Origin: an uncultured Bacilli bacterium
GTDB taxonomy: Bacteria > Bacillota_I > Bacilli_A > RFN20 > CAG-826
NCBI GenBank assembly: GCA_905236535.1
Contig: CAJOQN010000003.1
Location: 1 to 21,749, forward strand
Length of the DNA: 21,749 bases
Direction of reading: 5' to 3'
The notes below the pieces were generated by a model. The model was not told the DNA's origin. It did not search any database and saw only the letters and a program-made list of their open reading frames with translations. Of the stretch, positions 15,423-21,749 are shown in pieces; position 1 is the first letter of the stretch, and each line of letters begins with the position of its first letter. The position numbers were made by a program, and so were the translations under genes.

Positions 15423-15770
15423 TTATTGATTTTTTTTATAACTATCTATCACAAGTTGATAAGCGTCTTTTAATTGTTGTATCTCCTTAGAGATATCAAC
15501 ATCATCACTTTTTCTTGTGAGCTCAGTGATGTTAGAAGAGATTTCATATAAAGGGGTTAAGGCCAAATTTCCAGTGACACCTTTAAAGGAATGAGCGGCA
15601 GCGAATAAATTACGAAAATCTTTTTGTTCATAACTATTAATAATTTGCTCAAAAACATTATTGGACATAAATTTAGTGAGCATTCTTTCAATTAAAGAAT
15701 CATTCATCATGATTGAAAGAGCGTTTTGATAACTACCTTGAATATCATTATAGAATTGTTTAATGTTCAT
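15423..15770 (-). CDS. Stand-alone Hpt (histidine phosphotransfer) protein.
   Basis: 115-aa all-helical protein with the phospho-accepting motif AAHSFKGVTGNLAL (H-x-x-K-G-x-x-x-x-G). The start overlaps the stop of the upstream REC-EAL gene by 11 nt. Confidence 0.85.
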   Translation of the reverse strand: MNIKQFYNDIQGSYQNALSIMMNDSLIERMLTKFMSNNVFEQIINSYEQKDFRNLFAAAHSFKGVTGNLALTPLYEISSNITELTRKSDDVDISKEIQQLKDAYQLVIDSYKKNQ

Positions 15771-17469
15771 CGCCTTTTAACTCCTCTTTAATCAAAGCTT
15801 CGAAATCATTAAGAGGCAATGGTCTCGATAAATAATATCCTTGGACGATATCACACCCATTCTTTTTCAAGAAATCACATTGTTCTTTTGTTTCCACACC
15901 TTCGGCAATAGTAATAGCGTCAAGCATCTTGGATAAATTAATAATCATTTTAAGGATATGTTTGACTTTTGGGTTCTTATCCATTGTTTTGATGAATTGC
16001 ATATCAATCTTTAAAATATCAAATGGTAAATCCGCGAGAGCGCCAAAAGAGGAATAACCACTACCGAAGTCATCGATTTCCACTTTAAAGCCATTGTTTC
16101 TAATCTTCTCGATAACTGGAATAACGACTTGAGCGTCTTCCACAAAAGCGGATTCCGTGATTTCAATGTAATAATTCTCTCTCGGAATATTATTCTCATC
16201 AACAAAACCAATGATTTCTTCGACAAGATTTGGGCGATAAATATCAACGCGTGATAAATTAACGCTTAACGGAACATCAAGACCATATTTATCTTTCCAC
16301 TCTCTCATATATTTCGCGGCTTTTTTAAGAATATATTCATCAAGTTCACCAATTAAACCATTCTCTTCAAATAAGGAGATGAATTCACCAGGGTTCACAA
16401 AACCAAATTTAGGACTAATCCATCTAATTAAAACTTCCGCGCTGGAGAATGTTGGTTTATCACCTTGAATATTGTATTTAGGTTGGAAGAATAATTTGAA
16501 TTGACCTTCTTCTAAAGCTTGAGGGAAAGCGTTAATAAGTTCTTCACTATGTAGTGTTTTGGCTTGCTTTTCCTCGTTATAAAAACCGATGTTTTCAACA
16601 TAGTCATTAGTTAATGAATCTGCAGTGGTCTTTGCTCTTCCAATGACGATTTCTTTATCAATTTGCGGATCAACATTTTGATAAACACCAACTCTAAAAG
16701 TAATATTTACTTCACTGGAGACTTTTTGAATGGCCTCATTTAATTTAAGCGGAAGAATATCATAATTATCATGATGCTCGCAGTAGATTAAGAAGGTGCT
16801 TCCTCCATACTTACCTAAAAGACCATTACAATTATTAATGCAAACACTTAATTGTTCTGCGAAGGCTAAAAGGATTTGATCCCCAAATGCTCTTCCATAT
16901 AATTCGTTAATGAGTCTAAATCTATTAATAGAGATAGAAATCATATCCTTAGGAATATCAGGGTAAGCAACATCAAATTGTTTAGCGTATTTTTTGAAAA
17001 ATTCAACGGTGTAAAGACCGGTGAGTCTTTCTGTTTCCACTTCTTTTAAGATTGATCTATCTTCATATAATTCAATCATTCTTTTGATTCTAGCAACAAT
17101 TATATCGGGGTTTTCATAGGGTTTTTTGATAAAATCGTTAACTCCAAGATGGAAACATTCCTCTTCGATATTCTTATCACTAGTGCAAACAATAAAAGGA
17201 ATTCTTTTAAGTTCAGGATTATTTTGTCTAACCTTTAAAAGCTCTCGACCATCCATTGGCATAAAGACATCTAAAAGCACTAAATCAATTTTGTGTTCCG
17301 CTTTTAAAAGGAGATCTAAAGCTTCTTGGCCATCGCTAGCTCTTAAAATATTAAAATCGTCCATTAATATCGTCGACATGATTTCGAGATTAATCTCTTC
17401 GTCATCAACGATGAGAACGGTTCGTTTGACAGAAAAGTTTCCGCGATTATAATTTACTGATTTCCTCAT
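15760..17469 (-). CDS. Response-regulator c-di-GMP phosphodiesterase: REC domain, degenerate GGDEF (motif KYGGSTF), and an EAL domain with catalytic motifs intact. Start set at ATG 17469; the ORF-track start at 17493 is TTG.
   Basis: REC domain VLIVDDEE...DLVLLDVFMPMDG...K. GGDEF fold GLYTVEFF...GRAFGDQIL...GKYGGSTFLIY. EAL domain QPKY..EVLIRW, NYYIEITES, EIDDFGSGYSS, LKIDMQFI, IAEGVETKEQ, QGYY. The TTG at 17491-17493 is the TG extension of an extended -10 (TTGTATAAT). Confidence 0.85.
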   Translation of the reverse strand: MRKSVNYNRGNFSVKRTVLIVDDEEINLEIMSTILMDDFNILRASDGQEALDLLLKAEHKIDLVLLDVFMPMDGRELLKVRQNNPELKRIPFIVCTSDKNIEEECFHLGVNDFIKKPYENPDIIVARIKRMIELYEDRSILKEVETERLTGLYTVEFFKKYAKQFDVAYPDIPKDMISISINRFRLINELYGRAFGDQILLAFAEQLSVCINNCNGLLGKYGGSTFLIYCEHHDNYDILPLKLNEAIQKVSSEVNITFRVGVYQNVDPQIDKEIVIGRAKTTADSLTNDYVENIGFYNEEKQAKTLHSEELINAFPQALEEGQFKLFFQPKYNIQGDKPTFSSAEVLIRWISPKFGFVNPGEFISLFEENGLIGELDEYILKKAAKYMREWKDKYGLDVPLSVNLSRVDIYRPNLVEEIIGFVDENNIPRENYYIEITESAFVEDAQVVIPVIEKIRNNGFKVEIDDFGSGYSSFGALADLPFDILKIDMQFIKTMDKNPKVKHILKMIINLSKMLDAITIAEGVETKEQCDFLKKNGCDIVQGYYLSRPLPLNDFEALIKEELKGDEH

Positions 17470-17475
17470 AATGTC

Positions 17476-17510
17476 GTCTTTTATATTATACAAATTCCTT
17501 TATTAATTAA
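17476..17510 (-). promoter_or_regulatory. Extended -10 promoter (TG-N-TATAAT; plus-strand 17485-17493) driving the REC-EAL/Hpt operon with a leader of about 8-10 nt and no SD.
   Basis: Minus strand reads ctctttttaattaataaaggaattTGTATAATataaaagacgacattATGagg. The upstream terminator U-tract overlaps the -35 position. Confidence 0.4.
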
Positions 17511-17529
17511 AAAGAGTTCGTTTGAACTC
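17509..17529 (-). terminator. Rho-independent terminator after the SBP gene.
   Basis: gagttc-gttt-gaactc stem (17514-17529) followed by uuuuuaauu on the minus strand. Confidence 0.55.
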
Positions 17530-17587
17530 CTTTTATGATTGTTTGTTGTTAACGATGTAATTAACTGAAATATTTTATTTATATTAA

Positions 17588-18865
17588 TTATAAGGTTCCG
17601 AAACCCTCTATAGCTTGATCAATAGAAAGTTCACCTCGTCCAACTTTAAAAGCAGCGTTTGAAATTTGGGTGGTAAGTTTTTCACTAATGCCAATCATCT
17701 CAGGTGAGAAAGTACGTTCTTCTGGGATATTTGCAAATGGAGCGTAGAATGGATCAAATGTTATCTCTTTCGTTGGAGAGACTAAACGTTTATTACAGGC
17801 CATGATATTAAGTTCAAGGGTGGTTAACAAGAATCTCATGAATTCATTGGTCATCTCTAAGTTATCGCAATCCTTATTGACCGAGAATTCGATAGCAGGA
17901 CTATCAATAAAATATCCACCATTATTTGTTAAAGGAATTGGGATATAAGAATATTTAAATGGATGTTTGGTAAAAGCTTCAGATCTCTCTTCGCGTTTGC
18001 TGGTCCCGGAAGCACCATCACTACGACAAATCATCATTGGGACATCACCCTCAAAGAATCTTAAGATAACCGCATTATAATTGTCTTGAATATCATCACA
18101 TTTATCGAGATTAATAGCCCCTTCTTTGATGAGTCTATCAACAATGGTTAATCCTCCTCTCATAAATTCTCCAGCATCACTATCTAAGGCATTAGCTTTA
18201 GCAAGAGCTTCTGGATTATTAGCGAGTTCTACCACACACATTGGATAGGCAATCGTGTTCATCAAGCAATTCATAGAACCTATACTATATCCCATCATTG
18301 GGCTCTCATAGCCTTTTTCAATAAGAGTCTGACAGGAATCTAATAATTCGTTCCAAGTGTTAGGAATTTGAACTTTGGCTTCTTTGTAGAGGTTGTTATT
18401 GATTAAGGCCCCATATGTTCTAGATAAAACAGGAACCATATAAGTTTTGCCTTGTTCATCTTTCTTAATTAAACCTTCACGGATATTATTTAAACCGAAT
18501 CCCAACTCAGGATCTGAAAGATCTTCCATATGAGCGACGGCAGAATTATATTTTTCATCTTCCAACATCGAGGATGAAGAAAAGAAAATATTTGGCTTAT
18601 CGTTGCCATCAAGAATATCCCCTAATTTATTGAAATAGTCATCAGGTTTAGTGTAACTAAGACGAACTTTTGGATAATAGGCATTGAATCTATCAAATTC
18701 CGCTTCTAGGGATTCAAAGTTATCATAACTTCCGACAATTTTAATGTCACAAGCTGTATTTTTATCCAAAGAAGGCTTAAATTCAGTGTTTTTTAAGCGG
18801 TTCCCGCAAGAAACAAGACTTGCTGAGGCAAAAATTGTTAATACAGCGCAAAGTATTTTTTTCAT
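17588..18865 (-). CDS. Family-1 (carbohydrate/MalE-type) extracellular solute-binding lipoprotein. No ABC permease or ATPase genes are adjacent, and it is translationally coupled to the upstream histidine kinase.
   Basis: Lipobox ASASLVSCGN. SBP_bac_1-type N-terminal pattern (IKIVGSYDNFESLEAEFDRFNAYYPKVRLSYTKPDDYFNKLGDIL...IFFSSSSMLEDEKY). ATG overlaps the HK stop (TAATG), with GGAGG 10 nt upstream inside the HK tail. Confidence 0.9.
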   Translation of the reverse strand: MKKILCAVLTIFASASLVSCGNRLKNTEFKPSLDKNTACDIKIVGSYDNFESLEAEFDRFNAYYPKVRLSYTKPDDYFNKLGDILDGNDKPNIFFSSSSMLEDEKYNSAVAHMEDLSDPELGFGLNNIREGLIKKDEQGKTYMVPVLSRTYGALINNNLYKEAKVQIPNTWNELLDSCQTLIEKGYESPMMGYSIGSMNCLMNTIAYPMCVVELANNPEALAKANALDSDAGEFMRGGLTIVDRLIKEGAINLDKCDDIQDNYNAVILRFFEGDVPMMICRSDGASGTSKREERSEAFTKHPFKYSYIPIPLTNNGGYFIDSPAIEFSVNKDCDNLEMTNEFMRFLLTTLELNIMACNKRLVSPTKEITFDPFYAPFANIPEERTFSPEMIGISEKLTTQISNAAFKVGRGELSIDQAIEGFGTL

Positions 18866-21405
18866 TATTTTGATTCCTCCTTCATTCTACGAATCTCTTT
18901 AATGACAAGTTTGATATCGATTGGTTTTGCGATGTGACCATTCATTCCAGCATTTAAGCATTCAGTAACGTTTTCAGCAAAGGCGTCCGCAGTCATTGCA
19001 ATGATTGGAATTGATGAGGCCCATGGATCCTTTAATTTACGAATTGCTCTAGTGGCGTCTAAACCATTCATCTCAGGCATTTGAATATCCATAAAGATAA
19101 GAGTGTATTTTCCTGGTTTGGCCTCTTTCATCTTTTCAAGAGCAATGCGTCCATTCTCCGCACGTTCAGTGGTAACACCATACATCGAAAGCAAGGTCGA
19201 AATGATTTCCCAGTTAACTTCGTTATCTTCAGCGACAAGAATATTTAAACCTTCTAAATCAGAATAATCATTCTCAGGTTCTCTTGATGTAACATCTGTG
19301 CCTAATATCTCACTTATCTTATCATAAAGCGTGGAACGGAAGAGAGGCTTGCTGAGGAATCCATTAACCCCTGCTTCTTTTGCTTGTTCTTCGACATCGG
19401 ACCATGAATAAGCCGAAATTAATAAGATTGGAACAGAATTAGAAACTTCCGCACGGATACGACGAATGGTCTCAATTCCATCCATATCTGGCATCTTTAA
19501 ATCGAGAATAACAATATCATAATTCTTTCCTGTCTTTTCTCTATGTTTAATCATTCCAAGAGCTTCAAAGCCACCTGTGGCTTGCTCGACATTTAAACCA
19601 AGAGACGCTAAAGTGTCACTTCCAGTTTCTAACAATACTTCATCATCATCGACAATTAAGACATCGAGAGGTTGAAGCTTCATCTCTCCTCTTTGATGTT
19701 CGGCGATTGGAATATCTAAGATGACGGTGAAGGTTGTGCCTTTACCTGGTTCACTTTGACAATCAATCGTCCCTTTCATTAGGTCCACCATTTGTTTCGT
19801 AATTGCAAGGCCTAAACCTGTGCCTTGAATACTATTCACACGACTATCGGTTTGACGAGAGAATGGTTGATAAAGATGTTCCATGAATTCTGGAGACATT
19901 CCAATACCATTATCGGAAACGATATATGTCAATTTGACACATCCTTCTTTTTCACTCTCTTCTTCCTTCATATCCACAGCAACACGACCACTTGGTTGTG
20001 TGTATTTAATCGCATTGCTTAAAATGTTGATAAAGATTTGATTCAATCGAAGTTGATCAGCGTATAAATATTCTTTTTCCATGCGGTTGATATGGAAGCT
20101 GAAATCGATATTTTTCTCTTTAATCATTGGTTGTGATAAATTCATAAGATTCTCGACAGTCTCAACAATGGAAAAGGTCTGGGGCACAAGATTAAGTTTT
20201 CCGCTTTCAACTTTAGAAATGTCTAAAATATCATTGATAAGTGTTAATAGATGGTTACTGGCAAGAGAAATTTTGCGGAGATTTTCACCCACGGCTTTTT
20301 GATCATTAATATTCTTTTCTGAAATGGTGGTCAAACCAATAATCGCATTCATTGGTGTACGGATATCATGAGACATGGTGGAAAGGAAGTTTGTCTTTGC
20401 TTGGTTTGCAGATTCCGCTTCTTTTGCACTAATTTGTAATCTCTTATTGAAATAACCCATTATTGCTAAGTCGAAAACAAATAAGATGAGAAGACCTGAA
20501 GAAACAATACCAATCAAAAGCCAGTTTTCAGCGTTAACATTTAAATATTTCGACGGCATCAAACTTAAAAGCGTCCAGTCACCGGTGGCATTAAAAGGAG
20601 TGTAAGAAAGAATACACCTTTCGCGTTTTGAGTTACGCATAAAGAAAAATCCTGTATCAGTGTCAGAAGTAATCTTGTTGAAGAATTCATCCGCTTTCGA
20701 AGGATCTATTTTATTATATGATTTATAGAATTCAAAAAAGTTGTTATTCTTATAAGAATAACCATTGATGATATAATCCCCATTTTTATCGATGATAGCG
20801 AGTTCGGCATTTTGAAATTCTTCTTGTGGAAAAACCCATTTTTCCAACAATTCTGAAACCGGGAGAACACGGAGCAAAACCGCTTCTTTAGACACTCCTG
20901 ATTCATGGAGAGTAATAAGATTGCAAAAGGCAATGCATCGCTGACTATTAACTGGATTGGTGTAAGAACGAGTGATATTAATCGAGGTTCCAATGAGATG
21001 AATCCAACTCAAATCTTTCATAAAATCATAATCATCATTAGTGTAATCAACGGTGAAATCGGTGGATTCCTCGTTTTTCGCTCTCGTTGTTAAACCAATT
21101 AATGTATCAGTGTAAACGACATGCGCGGATGCGTTTGGCAAAACGTGAGAAATACGGATAAAAGAAATAGCTTCGTCAATTGTTAATTCTTCACTATTAA
21201 TATAGTGAGCCCAAACGTCACAAATACGCTGTTCTCCTTCGAAATAGTTTTCGGTGACGTGCTCCATTGCAATGGTGGTGTTTCCATAATGCTTAATTTG
21301 TGTTTGGCTTAAATCTTGTGCTTCCAATGTTGAATAGACCACAACAAAAGAAAGTATTATTAACATAATGAAGATATTAACGAATACAACCCAAATACGT
21401 TTCAT
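18865..21405 (-). CDS. Hybrid sensor histidine kinase: TM1, roughly 270-aa extracellular (dCache-like) sensor, TM2, HisKA, HATPase_c, then two REC domains.
   Basis: TM helices MKRIWVVFVNIFIMLIILSFVVVY and WLLIGIVSSGLLILFVFDLAIMGYF. H-box LSTMSHDIRTPMNAIIGL. N/G boxes ILSNAIKYT, DNGIGMS, GTGLGLAITKQMVDLMKG. REC1 LIVDDDEV...ILDLKMPDMDG. REC2 ILVAEDNEV...IFMDIQMPEMNG...K. Confidence 0.9.
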   Translation of the reverse strand: MKRIWVVFVNIFIMLIILSFVVVYSTLEAQDLSQTQIKHYGNTTIAMEHVTENYFEGEQRICDVWAHYINSEELTIDEAISFIRISHVLPNASAHVVYTDTLIGLTTRAKNEESTDFTVDYTNDDYDFMKDLSWIHLIGTSINITRSYTNPVNSQRCIAFCNLITLHESGVSKEAVLLRVLPVSELLEKWVFPQEEFQNAELAIIDKNGDYIINGYSYKNNNFFEFYKSYNKIDPSKADEFFNKITSDTDTGFFFMRNSKRERCILSYTPFNATGDWTLLSLMPSKYLNVNAENWLLIGIVSSGLLILFVFDLAIMGYFNKRLQISAKEAESANQAKTNFLSTMSHDIRTPMNAIIGLTTISEKNINDQKAVGENLRKISLASNHLLTLINDILDISKVESGKLNLVPQTFSIVETVENLMNLSQPMIKEKNIDFSFHINRMEKEYLYADQLRLNQIFINILSNAIKYTQPSGRVAVDMKEEESEKEGCVKLTYIVSDNGIGMSPEFMEHLYQPFSRQTDSRVNSIQGTGLGLAITKQMVDLMKGTIDCQSEPGKGTTFTVILDIPIAEHQRGEMKLQPLDVLIVDDDEVLLETGSDTLASLGLNVEQATGGFEALGMIKHREKTGKNYDIVILDLKMPDMDGIETIRRIRAEVSNSVPILLISAYSWSDVEEQAKEAGVNGFLSKPLFRSTLYDKISEILGTDVTSREPENDYSDLEGLNILVAEDNEVNWEIISTLLSMYGVTTERAENGRIALEKMKEAKPGKYTLIFMDIQMPEMNGLDATRAIRKLKDPWASSIPIIAMTADAFAENVTECLNAGMNGHIAKPIDIKLVIKEIRRMKEESK

Positions 21406-21623
21406 TTGCTTTTAACCTAAATTCTAGAAAATTGTAATTGATATTATGTTATCACAAATATTTTTACATTTGGAAACAAATATAAAAAGGTGCCTATATC
21501 GTTGATGACATTTTCAATATAACCAGGTCGTCTCTTAATATAAAAAACCTCCATTTCATTGACTTATCCAATAAAGCGGATTCACTTCAGGAATGGCCAA
21601 TTTCTGGGGGATTTTACAAAAAA

Positions 21624-21699
21624 TGGTGGATCTGACGGGGATCGAACCCGCTACCTCGTCGTTGCGAACGACGCGCTCTCCCAGATGAGCTACAGACCC
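21624..21699 (-). tRNA. tRNA-Ala (anticodon CGC), 76 nt with encoded CCA.
   Basis: RC = GGGTCTG-TA-GCTC-ATCTGGGA-GAGC-G-CGTCG-TTCGCAA-CGACG-AGGTA-GCGGG-TTCGATC-CCCGT-CAGATCC-A-CCA. The G3:U70 Ala identity pair is present. D-loop AUCUGGGA is like E. coli tRNA-Ala. A perfect 5-bp anticodon stem places CGC at positions 34-36. Confidence 0.85.
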
Positions 21700-21711
21700 A
21701 CAGCGATATTT

Positions 21712-21739
21712 ATTATATATAATTATCATTCTTTTTCAA
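21712..21739 (-). promoter_or_regulatory. Candidate sigma-A promoter for tRNA-Ala (TTGAAA -35 at 21734-21739, TATAAT -10 at 21712-21717, 16-nt spacer, on the minus strand).
   Basis: RC of the window end reads TTGAAAaagaatgataattataTATAATaaatatcgctgt, followed by the tRNA 5' end. Confidence 0.4.
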
Positions 21740-21749
21740 TTTAATAAAA

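Noticed and set aside
21406-21623. A terminator or attenuator between tRNA-Ala and the histidine kinase gene, and a 36-codon minus-strand ORF (MEVFYIKRRPGYIENVINDIGTFLYLFPNVKIFVIT).
   Set aside because: The tRNA is followed by T6 but I could not find a convincing stem beyond the tRNA itself. The small ORF has no SD and no recognisable features. Left unannotated.
1-21749. A genomic island or prophage integrated at either tRNA.
   Set aside because: No integrase, recombinase or transposase genes were seen, and no repeat of a tRNA 3' segment. The only mobile-element-like signals are the decayed TA locus and the GNAT pseudogene.

Overview
This is an AT-rich, low-GC Gram-positive (Firmicutes/Erysipelotrichia/Acholeplasma-like) chromosomal segment that uses the standard stop-codon set. 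It is bounded by two tRNA genes, a partial tRNA-Leu(UAG) at the left edge and tRNA-Ala(CGC) at the right edge. Every credible gene (15 CDS, 2 tRNAs, 2 pseudogenes) lies on the minus strand. The genes are organised as short operons, each closed by a recognisable rho-independent hairpin plus T-run. Reading in the direction of transcription (high to low coordinates), the window holds the following.
(1) A signalling module made of a hybrid sensor histidine kinase (extracellular dCache-like sensor, two receiver domains) translationally coupled to an orphan family-1 sugar-type solute-binding lipoprotein. After a terminator comes its own extended -10 promoter driving a REC-degenerate GGDEF-EAL c-di-GMP phosphodiesterase coupled to a stand-alone Hpt protein. 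I read this as a phosphorelay from HK(+SBP co-sensor) through Hpt to the REC-EAL protein.
(2) An SPFH/Band-7-like protein with four C-terminal zinc ribbons, paired with a zinc-ribbon plus double-TM membrane protein. This looks like a PspA-less YdjI/YdjG/YdjH-like module.
(3) A ThuA-like lipoprotein coupled to an alpha/beta hydrolase.
(4) A small cytoplasmic protein followed by a FloT-like flotillin.
(5) A membrane-anchored, domain-permuted GH3 glycosidase.
(6) A Big_2/esterase lipoprotein.
(7) A decay zone containing a fragmented RimJ/RimL-type GNAT pseudogene and a brnT-brnA toxin-antitoxin pair whose toxin is truncated to its N-terminal half.
(8) A PiT phosphate transporter followed by its DUF47 partner.
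No CRISPR array, integrase or transposase was seen. Everything here rests on reading the sequence and remembering family motifs; no database search was run.
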